Shown here piece after piece: positions 25,696 to 40,620 of a DNA stretch of 64,000 bases (the stretch's first letter is position 1; every line of letters starts with the position of its first letter). Below the pieces are notes generated by a model. It did no database searches. It was not told the DNA's origin and worked only from the letters and a program-made list of their open reading frames with translations. The position numbers and the translations under genes were made by a program. The stretch comes from Yuukianura sp. NJ FZ-2021 (taxonomy: Eukaryota). The stretch is taken from NCBI GenBank assembly GCA_046563655.1, contig CM102283.1, forward strand, positions 992,001 to 1,056,000. Direction: 5' to 3'.

Positions 25696-28666
25696 ATGTG
25701 GCAGGAGGCAAGGAAGCAAGAGAAGAAGGTCCGTAGCATGATTGTCGATTACCGGAAACGAGCTGAACGACGTCGTGAGTTCTACGAAAAATTCAAAGCT
25801 GATCCTACACAATGTATCCAACTTCATGGAAGGCCATGCAAGATCTATATGGATCCTGCAATTACAACTGCAGCAGATGATAGCCTGTACAACCAACTTA
25901 ATCATTTTTGCTAGTTTCAGCAATTTTGAATAACTTGTTGCTTCCATTCAGGACCAGGAGTTTTATTGATTTAAGTTTAACTTGAAAAGCGATGATGCTG
26001 GTTTAAACATTTGGTAGGATTGGGCTTTATGTAATACCGTCCAACTGAGATGTTATATTTATTGCAAATAGTATGCAGTGGCCGGGGAATAAGGAGATCG
26101 TCATTGATCGGTTTGATGTCAGAGCTCACTTGGACTTCATCCCAGACGGAGGTTCCCGTTCCGGATCTGTAGCATTGGACAGTGACGCAGAAAACACGGG
26201 CGAATTGAACTATGAAAGATATCGAATTCTCGTCCAGAATGAACTCACAAGTGGTATTTACACAATCCGAATGACTTTTAAGGAAGTGTCAATTATGTTT
26301 GTTATACCTACAGTTATCTTTGCTAGTGTCGGAAGACAAGTTTCTGCATCAGATCCATATCGAGGAGCTGTATGGGTCAAATACTAAAGATGTAAAATCT
26401 TCGAAACATTCTGGACCACCAAAAGCGGCAATTGGCTACAACTACGACACTCCAGTAGCACCCGATCCGTCGTATGGTTATGGTGACAAGCCAGAAATTA
26501 GAAACGAAGATGAGTCAGATGATGACCTGGATTTCGGTTAGTTAGAGTCGGTTGTGTGTTTTCCCGTGGTTTATTAAGTTGATCTTTTTCTATTGTTTAG
26601 ATTTACTTGTGAATCTGAATGATCTGAACACTCTTCAGAAGATGGAACTGAACTCGTCTGGAACTAAATATGGAATGAAGGACTCGGATTTTATGACATA
26701 CCTAACAAAGGATGTCAAAGAACGAGAACATTTAAAGCTGCTTAAAATCCAGGAACAGGAGAAGCAGCATATGAGCGTAAGTAGATGCGTTATATTACTA
26801 GTATCTCCGTTAGATTACATTAAAACCACAAACAATTACGGTTAGAAATAGAATGATCATCTCAGAATATCTGTGTTCACTTATGTCATGTTCATCTTGC
26901 AGGGTCGGAAGGCGCGGAGGGAGCGACGAGCGTATAAAGAGCGACAGTTGTCTCATCGTGGAGATAACCTTAGTCCGCCAAGTTATGCTACAACCAAGTA
27001 CGACACAGACATAGTTTCTGGACTTACAAGAAGATCTTCCAGCAGAAGTCGTTCGTCAGAGTCTCCCGAACGAGTTACTTACATTACATCCTTCGGAACC
27101 AAGTAACATTTTCACTTTTTGATTCAACAATGGACGACATGAAGCAAATCGAGAAATATCCACGAAAATGAACACACTTGATTTGCAATGCAACATCAGG
27201 AGATTAGAGCTTCGGTTAATAATAGTATTTAGTACTATGTGATCAACTCTCAGAAGAGGACAGAAGAAGAATACACATTTATTCATTGTTTTCTTGTCTT
27301 TTGAACAGATCTGACGGTAACACCATTTTTGGCCCGAACTTACCAAACTCTTACAAGCGAGCTAGAGCAGAGAGTCCGCGGAAAAGAAATAGTCGCATTT
27401 CTAGGTCAAGGACGAAATCCAAGTCACCTAGACGCCAACGTCACAGACGGAGTAGAAAATCAAGATCATCTTCATCTGACAGACCTAAAAGGTACAGCAG
27501 GTCTTCTCGACGGTGTCGTCGGACTAGCTCATCATCGTCCAGCAGATCATCATCATCTCGGCGCAGGTATAAAAGAATAAAAGAAACAAGTTTAAATTGC
27601 AATTGTATTTATTAAACGATTTTTTCTTTGAAACTGCGGCAGAATTCATTTTCTCCGTCAAAGTTTCACCGTTGTTTTCATATTTAATTGAAGGAAAACC
27701 ATGCAAATTCAAATTCAGTTTATAAATTTTTTGAATTTTTTTTGCTTACTGCAGGAATTTGAATAAAAAAAAACCTGAAGTCCGTTTTGTTTTTTGCAGG
27801 AGGCGTTCAAGCTCTAGCAGGCGACGATCGTCCCCTGACTCCAGAAGGAAATCATATAGGGGGCGGAGACAACATCGTTCCAGCAGCAGCTCATCCTCCA
27901 GAGGTCGCTCGAAATATCAGTCTCGAAGGTACGAATCGTCCCGTTTGTTTTGCAAAAAGTCGTGTTTCTTGCTGTGAATTTAAGTTTTTTGTGTTTATTT
28001 TTAGATCCAGTTCCTCAGATTTTGAATCACGTGGTGGTAGTGAAAATGTGACAACAAAGTCTTCGTCCAAAGTCAGTAAGCTCATTATTTCGCCCAGGCA
28101 AATCATGCAAAGTGTTACTGTAGTGCTATAGTTTGGGATGGGAAAAGAGAAAATTGGAGCGCGAGGGCATAGTTCTGTCTTTTTCTTTATTATGGAAAAT
28201 CTCTATGGGCGGTTGAGTACTTTGCTAATACTTCTTTCTCCGTAATTCAACTTTTTAAAATTGAGCTTAAATATTTTCCAGGATTCCGCTTCATGTTCTC
28301 GGAAGAGCTCCTCTGGTATTGGGACTGGAGTGGATTCGAAGACGCTCACACCTCAAGAGAGACTTAAGCGTCGAATGCAAATGGCACTAAACAAGCAGTT
28401 GAAGACGGACAAGGACGCAGAGAAACAGCGACTCGAGAGGCTGGAACAAGAAAGACTGGATCGAGAGGAAACATTAAGGGAAATTGCAATCCGACACAGA
28501 AGAAGGTTAGTTTTGCTAAGAGAAAAAGTAGAAGTACTTACTTATTTTGACATTCAAACATACTTCCAGGGAGCGTGAGAAAAGACATGGACACTCCGAA
28601 CATACGTCTGATGATAGCAGGTCATCCAGGTCAAGGTCACGTTCAATGTCTCCCGACGAAAAATAA
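25696..28666 (+). CDS. CLASRP: CLK4-associating serine/arginine-rich splicing factor (SFRS16)
   Basis: N-terminus MWQEARKQEKKVRSMIVDYRKRAERRREFYEK, IDRFDVRAHLD, LNYERYRILVQN, an RS domain, and LTPQERLKRRMQMALNKQ. Confidence 0.93.
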
Positions 28667-29384
28667 ATAAGCGAGTTGTTTGGAAAAGCAATGGATGGAT
28701 GCAAGTGATACATTTTAAAGGTATCAAAAAGTGCAAAAAAATGTGTCTCATAAAAAAGAACGCTGAAATCCTCTTTTTCATCCATCCACATTGTCTCGTA
28801 CTATGTTCATCATTTTAATTGCACGTTTTCTGTACCACGTACGTTAGTAGAATCCAATTTTTTGGAGATCCGTTATAATTTTTTGTGATGACCTTTAATA
28901 AATATGCATGACGCGTGCGCTAGTAAGAGTTTTTAAGCGGTGGGAACTAAATTATGTTACTGCGGATGTAGATGATTGAGCCTATTCAGCGTCAAGTGTG
29001 TCTGATCTGTGTCACGTCCATTTCACACAACCTGCCAACTGCCAAGTTACAACATTAGCTACACATTGCAGTTTATCAAAGTTAATGTGCTAACTTGGAA
29101 TTCAAAACACTTTCAGTTTTAATTTACTAAACGTTTATTTTAAAACTTATTCAATATCACAATGGATTTCAAAATTTCAAATCGTTTCGAAGTGGGTAGT
29201 CGGAGACCTGCGATGGACTCGGACGGGTTCAGGGCCCCTCCGAATACAAATGAAATCAGTTCCAGGAAGACTCATCTTCAAGCATACAAGGTACAACACG
29301 GCTGTTTTTGGTCAAAGTCAAGCCAGGTCAAAGGTCATTCTTTTTGTTTTGTTTTTTAAGTTTCTGCAACTGTGTGGCCTGTGT

Positions 29385-30744
29385 ATGCTACTTATATTCC
29401 TCAATACTTGTGCCTGGGTCACTGAGAAGAAAGTACACGGAGAAGAATGCTTGGATTCGGAAGAGTGTAACGAGAGGGCGCTGCTTTCTTGCGGAAGTAA
29501 TGGCAAGTGCAGTTGCTCCAATTCCTTCCTGTTCGATAAAGAGCTTGATCGCTGCGTGGCTCGTGTGGGTGAGAAATGTGGGTCAATCGCTGGACGGAGT
29601 GACTTGACCTTTCCAGTCAGTTGTGTCGATGGAGCCATTTGTGACGAGAGTTCTGGAGGCTGTGTGTGTACCGACGACTATTTCCGACTCATCAACCGAA
29701 CTTGTCTCCGGAAACGACGGTACAATGAAGCCTGTGAGTCGGATACCGAGTGCTCCAAGGATATCGTCAATGCCAAACCGCTCGTATGCCTCGAAGGCCT
29801 CTGTACTTGTGATCCCAGTACACAGTTCTACGACCTTGAACGGAAACACTGTGTTACCCTGGTAGGTCACCAGTGCAGTATGGACTTGGCCAAGTACAGG
29901 AACGAGTGTGCTCAGAACGCCGTTTGCTCTGGAGGGGTTTGCTCATGTGCAGAAGGGTTTGCGCAGACTGTGGGTGGAGGATGTGGATCTGGTTATGGTG
30001 CTCAGTGCAACACTACTGAATGCAGCGATTTGTTCTATCAGTGCCTGGAGGGGAAGTGCGAGTGTCGGTATCCGTTGCACCAGCGATTTGATCCAAGGAT
30101 GGGTGAGTGCTTGAGCCTGGTCGGTGGACCGTGCACGATCAACGTCACGGAGCGCTTGCCCAATGCCGTTGTGATCCGATGTACCCGGAACGCAATTTGT
30201 ACTGACCTGGGGTTCTACAGTAGTTGTGAATGCATCGATGGTTTTGTTCAACGAACAGCCTCAGGGTAAAATTTATGCTAAAAAATCATCCTACATTTCT
30301 AATGAAAAAGTTTTTTCTTTCATTTTTTAACCTTGTTTGTGCATTTGTTTGGAGATGATTTTAAAATTTTGTTCCATGTTAGCGAATGTGCACCAAGTTT
30401 TGGCGAAACCTGCGAAGCTTTCGAATGTGACCCCACAACGCCGCTGTTTTGTAAAAACGGACGTTGCGGTTGTCAAGATGAGCTTCAATTCTACGACGCC
30501 AGTCGGAGACAGTGAGGCGCCTAGTATATATAAAACAATGACTCCCTGGCTAGATACGTGATCTTTGACCTTTGACCTTAGGTGTTTGGGGCTGGTGGGT
30601 TCACGGTGCAACCCGCAGGAAATGAATCAGTGCGTTCAGTTCTCCAGTTGCATTCAAGTTGGAGCGGAGCTGGAAGGAAGATGTTTTTGTGATCGATATG
30701 CCCAGGAAGTAGAGAATCGTACATGCGTTTACAACGAAGGTTGA
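29385..30744 (+). CDS. Cysteine-rich EB/EGF-like repeat extracellular protein
   Basis: Repeated C-x-C-x(4)-F/YD...C modules. Introns at about 30266-30381 and 30512-30580. The start may lie in an upstream exon (acceptor at 29360). Confidence 0.75.
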
Positions 30745-31329
30745 CAATGTCAACTTGGCATTATGATCTTATTATGTGGCGTCTACATCAATTTTCTCAA
30801 TCAACGTACACCCTACCCCGACCAACCATTTCCCACCACGAAGTAACATTTATAAGTATAAGGAAGTATTCAAACATTTTGTCCCAAATTCAGGGGCCTT
30901 TAACAAGTTGACCTTTGACCTATTTTAACACTCGAACCGCCTAGGGAGTCTTTTAGTCTTCATTTGACAAACGCTTCCTAAATGTTTCCGGGGCGTTTAG
31001 AAATAAAGGGAGAAGAAATCCCCTCGTTTAGCGCCGCAATTCAGAGGATTAGTCAGACCCAGTCTTCAGAACAAACTTGGAATCACATGTTATTGTGGAG
31101 TTATGGAATCAGTCTAATAAATAAATAAGTTTTACCACCGCTCGCTGTTAATCTGACAATTTTCCATTAATTTATTAATCGAATAATTGATTGCGATTGT
31201 GAGTTTTCCCACCAAAGGAATTAGCTGGCTGAACTGAGGTAAGTTTGGCTAAATCGGCTTTTGATTTGTTAACTTTTTTTTGACTTTTTTTTTCAGGACG
31301 CGTTCACGCAGCTAATCTTCCAGGGAGGC

Positions 31330-34300
31330 ATGGTTGTATGGCCATGTTCGAGAGGCATTGTAGCCGTTTATCATCGATTAACATGGAGCCGAACTTCCGC
31401 CCACCCGCTTGTGAGGACTCCAGCGCCACTACACAAGGCACCCCTCCGTAGAGCCCTGCATGCAAGCACATGGAGTACAGTTCAAAGCGGGACTGGTGGA
31501 TGTCACCGGAACGTTAGTGTAAGCAGAGCAATGTTGAAGGCGAGAAGACATGACATGGGAAAAGGGTCAAATGTCACAGCCACGCAACATCCAACTGAAG
31601 AACAACCTTCATCCTCAGCTCAAACGACAACGTCTCACCTCTTCATTCCGGTTCCTATTCGTCCTGCAGTTGATCAAACACAAGTTGGATCTGAATTAGC
31701 AGGCAAACTAAGCAAACAAGACCTTCTCAAGATTCTGAACAAGTTTTTTCGAAGAAGCGAAATGAAGTTACTCAGTGCTGAACATGGCCTTGACAGTATG
31801 AACTCAAACTTCTCAATCCAACAGTATTTCACAGTTTGTAATCATGCTTAAGATTAACCTTCTGAGACACTTAATACAAATAAGTAGCATTGGCTAACAG
31901 TCGAAGTGCTACTTATTTGTTTCATCTTAAGGATAAACTCTTTTTGCCATTTTTCCAGATTACCTCTTCCACCAAGCCTTCATCAGCTTCCGTCGATTTT
32001 GTTTAGAGTCAGACACTCTACCGGTAGATCTCCATATCATATTTAGTGACATCATACAAGACGCAGGGCACGTAGACGACGTCTTTCCTTACTTTCTTCG
32101 TCATGCGAAACAGATATTTCCACATCTGGATTGTATGGACGATCTTAAAAAAATCAGCGATTTACGATCACCCGCTAATTGGTATGGTTATTATTACAAA
32201 TCTATCAAAAACCACTTCACTATAGTTTATGTTGTCAAAATGAACTAGGTATCCAGAAGCCAGAGATCTCATTCGCCGAGTTGTCTTCCATGCCGGACCA
32301 ACAAACTCTGGAAAAACATTTCAAGCTTTAGAGAAGTTCATGAACGCCAAATCAGGAGTATATTGCGGACCGTTGAAATTATTGGCATCCGAAGTTTATC
32401 ATAAAGCCAATGCCAAGGTTAGTCGATGGGTGAAGACTTCAATGAACATTGTCAAGTTATTATTCGTTTGATGTTCATTATTTTTTCAGGGTACTCCATG
32501 TGATCTAATTACCGGTGAGGAGCGACTAATGGCCAATCCGGATGGTGAAACTCCCTCGGCTCATGTCGCATGTACTGTGGAAATGACCTCAGTCATCAAT
32601 CCTTGTGAGTTCGAATGTAGAATCACTAATTTGCAAAAGTTATATCTTTACTGTTCCTCCCAAGCTATAATGAGACTCTGGAATTGAGGAATATGGTGGT
32701 TTTCGAGTACACGAAAAACCAAATCGACGATTTCTTAAATAAAACCATTTTTTTCATCCAGCATGATTCATCCATGTACTACTTCAAAATTTTGAACTTT
32801 TTCCAAAATTTTGGAAAAAGTTCAAAATTTTGGAAAAAGTTCAAAATTTTGGAAAAAGTTCAAAATTTTGAAAAAAGTTCAAAATTTTGGAAAAAGTTCA
32901 AAATTTTGAAAAAAGTTCAAAATTTTGAAAAAAGTTCAAAATTTTGAAAAAAGTTCAAAATTTTGGAAAAAGTTCCAAATTTTGAAAAAAGTTCCAAATT
33001 TTGAAAAAAGTTCCAAATTTTGGAAAAAGTTCAAAATTTTGAAAAAAGTTCCAAATTTTGAAAAAAGTTCCAAATTTTGGAAAAAGTTCAAAATTTTGAA
33101 AAAAGTTCAAAATTTTGAAAAAAAGTTCAAAATTTTGGAAAAAGTTCAAAATTTTGAAAAAAAGTTCAAAATTTTGGAAAAAGTTCAGAATTTTGAAGTA
33201 GTACATGGATGGATGAATCATGCTGGATGAAAACAATGGTTTTATTTAAGAAATCGTCGATTTGGTTTTTCGTGTACTCGAAAACCACCATATTCCTCAA
33301 TTCCAGAGTCTCATTATAGCTTTGCTTGGGAGGAACAGTACATCCAATGCTTATCTCGTCGTTATGATTTTGTTAAGACTTTTTTTTTTCGTTTTTGTTC
33401 AGATGAAGTTGGTGTGATTGATGAAATTCAGATGCTGCGTGATACTCAAAGAGGTTGGGCTTGGACTAGAGCACTACTTGGACTTTGTGCCGAGGAAATA
33501 CATCTATGTGGCGAGATTGCTGCTATTGAATTGGTCAAGAGTATCCTGGTCACAACTGGAGAAGAAGTCGAGGTACGTTGCTTTACAAAAACGAGTGACA
33601 TACAGCGTGAATGAGGAAGGAAATTACAGGATTTCATTGCATAGTAATAACTAATATGAAATTAATTTGACACAGGTTTACAAGTACAAGAGACTGACTG
33701 ATTTGGATATCGAAAAACGCGCCTTAGGCTCGCTGGATCGCGTCAAGCCTGGAGACTGTATTGTTTGTTTTAGTAAAAATGACATTTACTCGGTATCAAG
33801 ACAGGTAAATTATAATAGTTACTAGGTTTAAATGATTATATTTTGCAATAAATTAAACTTTTCTTTTTGCATATAACCTTTTCAGCTCGAGAAGAAGGGG
33901 AGGGAAGTAGCAGTTATATACGGTGGATTGCCTCCAAATACCAAACTGGCACAAGCTCAGAAGTTCAATGATCCCGATCATCCATGCAAAGTCATGGTTG
34001 CCACAGATGCAATTGGAATGGGCATAAATCTGTACGCAAAATACAAGCATCCGTAGCAATTTTAAAGAACATTTCTTACTACCTAATTGTTTCGTTTTGA
34101 ATTTCAGGAGTATTCGAAGAGTAATTTTTTTCTCCCTAATCAAGCCTGTGCTAAATGAAAAGGGAGAACGAGAGATGGCTACAATCTCAACTTCTCAGGC
34201 GTTGCAAATTGGTGGTCGGGCGGGTCGGTTCGGAACACAGTATGAAAAGGTGAAAGAAATATAAAACTGACTTTTGTAATTTAACTAATAATTTTAATTA

Positions 34301-35202
34301 TGTATAATAATTTCTGTCAAAGGGCTTAGTGACAACGTTTCGTGCCGAAGATTTACCAACACTCGTAGAGTTGCTGAGTGACTCTCCTGAAGATCTAGTG
34401 CAAGCTGGTCTCCATCCCACGGCAGATCAAATTGAAATGTATGCCTACCAACTTCCGAATGCAACTCTATCTAATCTCATGGTTAGTCTCACCAATTTTG
34501 CACAAGTTTTGGGTTTCAATTTTCGAATGAAACTCGGTTTTTTAACTTGGAACGTTGTGTGCAGGATATATTTGTCAATTTATGTACCGTGGATGACTCG
34601 CTGTACTTTATGTGCAACGTGGATGACTTTAAGTTTTTGGCAGATATGATTCAACATGTACCACTTCCTCTTCGAGCCAGATACGTTTTCTGCTGTGCTC
34701 CAATCAATAAGAAGATGCCTTTCGTGTGTGCCATGTTCCTCAAGGTAAAAGTAACTTCCACTTACAAAACTTACCTATAATGTAATACCTTATTGATAAA
34801 TTCTTAATTAAAATAATCTGTCCATCTTTTTGTTATAGTTTGCCAGACAGTACAGCAAAAACGAAGCGATCAGTTCCGATTGGCTGTGCAATCAAGTCGG
34901 GTGGCCTCCAAAACCGCCTCATACAATCCTCGATTTGGTCCAACTCGAATCCGTCTTTGATGTTTTTGATTTATATCTCTGGCTAAGGTGAGCATAATTC
35001 TTCTACATTCTGGAAAAAATGTAATTATGGCAAGGGATTTCATTTTTTTTGTTCCAGTTATCGGTTCCAGGATTTATTTCCGGATGCCATAGTGGTGCGG
35101 GAGTCGCAGAAGAGCCTAGACAAAGTCATTCAACAAGGTGTATTTAACATCACAAGATTACTCAAGAATACAGAATCAAGTGGCGGGTCGGGGGATAGTT
35201 AA
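31330..35202 (+). CDS. SUPV3L1: Mitochondrial ATP-dependent RNA helicase SUV3
   Basis: [11 protein letters not shown] (Walker A), [44 protein letters not shown]. Stop TAA at 35200-35202. Start approximate. Confidence 0.95.
32651..33338. mobile_element. TA-flanked MITE with long TIRs and an internal 19-20-bp satellite, in a SUV3 intron
   Basis: TA|CTGTTCCTCCCAAGC...GCTTGGGAGGAACAG|TA, inverted arms of about 160 bp, core of (AAAAAGTTCAAAATTTTGR)n. Confidence 0.85.
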
Positions 35203-35570
35203 TGAATTCGGATTATTTAAGATTTTGAGTAAGATAGTTTGGACTGATGATGAGCAATGGACGGAAGTATATTTTACAATGGACTCAGTTTTGCAATAAA
35301 ACTTACAACAGACTTCATGGTAGTCTTTTCACCTTTATTCAGAATCAGAAGAACGCAAGGCAAACCAAGGCGATTGGTACGTTTATTGTTTTTTAATGCT
35401 GAATAACAATGATTTTAACGACATTTTGTTTATTTGTAGGCGAAGGAAAGCTACTAACCCAGTTTTCTGTTTTGTTTCGCTCCACAATACTGGAGAGTAC
35501 AAACTACAAACTTTTTCTTTCTTTTGGTTGATTGGCCTCTCTTCTGAGAAAAAACAGCTTTGGATTCAAA

Positions 35571-36500
35571 ATGTCGCCACTGCATAACATTTCCGAAGAC
35601 TTCTAAAGAAGTCGCCTAAGGAACAAGAAGAGTCACTTACGCTGAAATTTGACTTGGTAACCTATCAACTGCACAACTCCGATGCTGAAGCGTCTGAGAT
35701 CTCACTGACTGGAGCCTTGGAATTCAGGGTCAATGGCGGAACATTGAATAGAGGAACTGATGAAGTGAAAGTCGTTGGATCATTTCCACTGTTTCTTCAA
35801 CCGGGTCAAATGAAACCACAAGACATGGATCCCTTGGCTCGCGGGCATGCGCAGGAGAAACTCAATCACTGGCTCAGCGAATCGGGAGTATCCGAAGGAT
35901 CCCGAATCTGGAACAAGACGCAGAATGCTCAAATTCCACTCAAAACGGCGTTTCTCTTGCCTGGGATCAAATTGGTGCAAGGAAAAGAGCTGCTCTTGAT
36001 ACATCTTTTGCAACTTGTTCTTGGTAAGATCAAGATAATTAGTTTAATTTAATTAAAGTAGCTAATTAAAACCGCTACGACATTAAAATTTTATTTTTGT
36101 ATAACAATAGAGGACGCTTTTGAGCAGTACAGAGCAGTCGGCGTTGACTTTGATGAATTTATGGATATCAGCAACACCATCGTTTCCAATTGTCTTGGAG
36201 AAAACTACGACCAAGATTTTGGCGCCAAAACGACATTTCCACACTTCGCCATTGTCAGTTCGTTGAGTCAAAAGTTGCGCGGGATAAGTTAGGCGCGATC
36301 CGCCCTTCGAACTTGTTAATCGGCAACTAGTGAAGATTTTTGTTACAGTCGAAGCAGTTTTGTCACTGCGCAGGGCTATTGAAGTCAACGTCGTGGACAA
36401 CTGCGTGCTCACCTCACCATTCAACTCACCTGATCATAAAATTTGAGGGGAAAAAGTGACTTGAAGGATTTCAAAAATTTTGTTTCAATGGAAAAGCGTT
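35571..36500 (+). pseudogene. Decayed paralogue of the 43174-44509 gene
   Basis: Alignable to 43174-44415. TAA at codon 12 after a deletion, a further stop, and large internal deletions in exon 2. Confidence 0.8.
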
Positions 36501-38690
36501 GGTTCTTATTTAGTTTCACTTTTCGGATATATATGTAGGGGCAACAACAACAACGACTTTCACTGTTAATTATTTTTATCTCATATTTAAATATTTTTTT
36601 CCTTAAAATAAAAAAAAAAGTTTACAAAAAGGATAAATTGGTTTAAAAAATTTTTCTTTTGTATTTAAAAAAATAATTTTTGGTCTTAAAAGTATTTTTT
36701 CTAAATTAGAAATATCTTTATATTAAAAAGAAGTTTTTTAAAAAAAAATATTTTTTAGCTATAGAGTTTTTTTTCCGTACAAAAAAAAAATACCTTTTTT
36801 GACCTACAATCTTTTTCTTAACATTTTGTTTGTCAATTTTATCAATTTTTTGGCTAAAATCGACAAACATTTTCGGCAAATTTGCAAATTCGGTTCCTAT
36901 TCTTCCCCAAACTTGTAACTAAAGTGTTTTTGTATGGTGTCTCTAGTTTTGAATCCAGGCACCAGGGAAATATTATTACGTACCTCACAAATTACCGTAA
37001 TATTTTCGTTCTTTTGAGTTTATTTCAGACTTACTTTGTTTTATTTTATTCATATTATAATTCTGGTGATACATGTAGAAGTTATATTAGTCTGGCACGA
37101 ACTTACATTAGCACATTACTATTTATATTATGCCGAAAACAACAACCGACCTATCAACTTGAATTACTGCATGCCTTAAGGGGTTTAACCAACAATACCT
37201 CCGTCAAGAAAAAGAAAAAGAGACGCTATTTTGTGAGGTAACTGAATAGTATTCCGGAACTACATTGTAGGCGAACTAGAGTTAATACTCTCGTCGTTAT
37301 TCATTTTAACCTTGGGAAAACTTCCAATCTAATTAAGTTTAAACAGAAAGGCGGGCGACATTAGCAGAATTAAGCTGCAAAACTTTGACCCCGGTGAATT
37401 AATTGCTTCATATGCCACCATTGACGTCGGTTCGTGCTGAACGTTAATTCCTTATGAGCAAGGACATCGTAGGTAACCGTTGACAGTGTATTACCATGGA
37501 AAACATTGAAATGTCTTTGGTCTCGCATTTTGAGCTTGTCATATTAAATATGTGAATTAAAGAACAATAAATTACTGGTATTTCTTAATGTTTGGGACTT
37601 TTTTTCAAATTTTGTTTTTGGAACAAACTTTATTGGAACTGTTTTAACCAATTTTTAAGGACTTTTTAAGTGCTTGACACGACTTTTTTTGAAACGTACT
37701 TTTTCAATCTTTGATCATCATGCTTGAAGTGCTTGGCTTAGGCCTCGTTATCACCATAACATATACAAACCCACTGTAGGCCCGTAACATAGCCAGAATT
37801 TAAAGGAATTGAGGTTAAATATGTTATTTGAGGTCATTGAGGTTCTTTTTTTTTTGTTTTTTTTCTTTTTTTCCTTAGCCTTTCCACTATTGGTATTTTC
37901 AATTTTGTGCCAAATTACATGGAACCCTGTAGCTTACTAGGTATGTGAACGTACAGAATCATATTTCGGGTTTACAGGGTAACAGCAATTAAACAATGTT
38001 AAACTATACTACCTATGCTTTGTGGTTATTTAGAAAAAAATTATTTTATTTTATTTACATGTAAGTTAAATATTTTTTTTTGATACACTCCTTGCGTGTA
38101 TTGATTCGAGACAAATCTGCAAAGATTTTGGTTTTCTTGGCTTTTGACGCAAAAAAAAAACGAAAAGAAAATCCAATTTCGGGTTAGCAGCAGGGTTTGC
38201 TCAATATTTCTGCCAACAATTTCATTATGTGTTGGAGGGAGGTCACATTGTCACAACCTTCTAGATGCGGATGATATCACCTAGGAGGGGAGCATGAAAA
38301 GTTCAATTACGCATTGCAAATGTAACAAACCAAAGTTGAAAGTCAGAAAGTTAGGGAAATCCATAACCGAAGATAAAATGGTCGTAACAGTTTGTTTTGA
38401 ATGCTATTAAAAATGAGAAGTCTGACCCTATTCTTTCTACCTTTTGTGCGCATGCCCAAAAACTCATCATTTCCTAAGCTATAATGTACCTACACTAGTG
38501 ACCCGATCTAATAAGTAACAAGCTGTGATTGGAGGATGGAAAGTACACAACTCCCTCAGTACCGCCAGGTTTCTTGTAGTGGGCATCTTTTGAATTAGGG
38601 TGTGGAGGACAATTTTATTCAATATCTTATATTTAATATAATAATATATAATATATATTATTTATATATATATATTATATTTATATTGTT

Positions 38691-38860
38691 AGTCTTCTGG
38701 AGACGCATGGCTAACGACATGCTGAAGAAGACTATTGATACGACTTTGTCCGTTTGCCTGTAACGTTTTTAGTACCCTTTCCACTAAAGCATAAGCCGCG
38801 TCAATTCAAACTTAATTCAAAGCATGTGCGTTTACTTGAACCGGTTTTAAAAAAAATTTT
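38691..38860 (+). mobile_element. Helentron/HINE-like element, copy C (5' part)
   Basis: AGTCTTCTGGAGACGCATG...GACATGCTGAAGAAGACTATTGATACGACTTTGTCCGT matches copies A and B and follows an AT microsatellite. 3' end not found. Confidence 0.6.
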
Positions 38861-39481
38861 ATGTCATTTTAAAGAAATGACATTTGACACCTCCCCCTCA
38901 CCGTTCACTTTTGTGCATGGTGCACACCTACAAGAAGGTAATTTGACGCTGGGGATGGATTGGGCGTTGTTGTTTCAAAATTTGTGCGTACTTGCATTAG
39001 CTGCAACCTGTTTTACTTGCAGCAGAGTTGCCGAAGCGTAAAAATTCTTCGTTTTTAACTGGCTCTGGTACCCTTGCAGTGAAAGTGTGGCTTTGGAGAA
39101 AGTCATAATGTGAGCTACCACTTTGGAGGCCATTTTGGACGTCATTTTGAACTAATTAATGTAATTGCAAGTTAAATTTTGCTTATCTTCGTCCCATTGA
39201 TGAGATAAAAACGAAATACCGCCAGAAACTTTATTACGCGCGTCGGTATGCGACAAAGAGAAAGTGATTGTTCGAAGTAGGACCCCCCTTATAAGTTAAG
39301 TTGCAAACAGGGTTTATTTACAATTAGACAGAAATGTTCCCTCCAAAATTGAAACCTTACGGAAACTCGCCATCGGGGGAAAATACGAAAGAGGAGGACC
39401 GCGTTGTTCCTTAAATCGGGCCAATAGTGTAATTTCTTCACCATTTTTGACTTCATTTTCATTGTAACATCGGACACTTAC

Positions 39482-40004
39482 CTTTGGCGGAACGTGCCCA
39501 TACCTTTCCGCTTTACGCATGAAGAAATCGACATGTCTGTAGGCTGAAATAAACACAATAATTAATATTCTTGTGATTTGGTTGACAATAATTACAATTA
39601 ATCTTCATTTACTCGCTGCACTCAGGAAAATGACGATTTCATTGTATGGCCCACCAGCAGAATTACGGTTCCAGACCACCAACCGGCATTTCTGTTCATC
39701 TCTCGCCACTTGATCAGTGAAGAAGGTCACATTATCCACAACGGTGGAGATTGTAAACGAAATGCTGGCACCTACGAGTCATAAAATGAGGTCAACGTTA
39801 AAGAATTTTAGTTTTAACTTAAACGTATATTTTAGCCTTACATTGCCAATCAAAAGACTTGGATTGCTGCTGGCGATCTTCCACGATTACTTTTATCTGT
39901 TTATCGGATTCAAGCGTCAACGTTATTCTGTTTCCGCTTGTGCCCATCCCTTGAAGGGGAAGCAACCACCGAGTGTCTATCGCTAAGAATGTGGTACTCG
40001 CCAT
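39482..40004 (-). CDS. Orphan protein, paralogue A (first three exons; 3' end not resolved)
   Basis: MASTTF...KSFDWQ / ...RLVVWNRNSAGGPYNEIVIFLSAA / YRHVDFFMRKAERYGHVPPK; exon-by-exon similarity to 54632-55185. Confidence 0.6.
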
Positions 40005-40620
40005 CTTGATAATTCAAAGTACCCGGGGCAAAGTTGCACTTTACGAAGAAGAAACGTTAGCACTCACAGGCGCGTTTTTATTTTAGCTGCGTACGAAAGA
40101 ATGCAGTGTATCCAACGGAAGCAGGGGAGCAAAACAGGGTTCAAAGTAGCTCAAAGTAACAAAAGAATGGAAAATGTCGATGGAAATTGTACTATTTCTG
40201 GCCTACATGTCCCAAAGGAACACAATCGTACACAAATAAGGTCGCCAACTTTGACCGTTTTCTTTTCTTTTCATTTAGGCGTTTTAACATGCATGGTTTA
40301 ACAAATACTGTGTTCCAAACTCCTCCGCTTATCCCCAAAGATGCAGGGATTTATTAAATAGCGAAAGCTATTTTATAATAGGATTAATGTCTGTCTCTCT
40401 GCTGTCTGTCTATCTGTCTGTATGTGACGAACAATTATCTCGGAAACTACTGAACCGACTTCATCCGGGTTTTCACCAATCGACATCTCATGCCTGCCGG
40501 CAATTCAAGTTTATCATGTTATCCCGACCTTTGACCTTTTCTGGATCAAAGGTCAAGGCCATTGACCTTTTCAATACAAAACCGGGAAAATGACCCTAAC
40601 AAAAGTTGCTCCTCTAATTG

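Noticed and set aside
32684-33236. ORFs of repeated [12 protein letters not shown]
   Set aside because: Translation of the satellite inside an intronic MITE.
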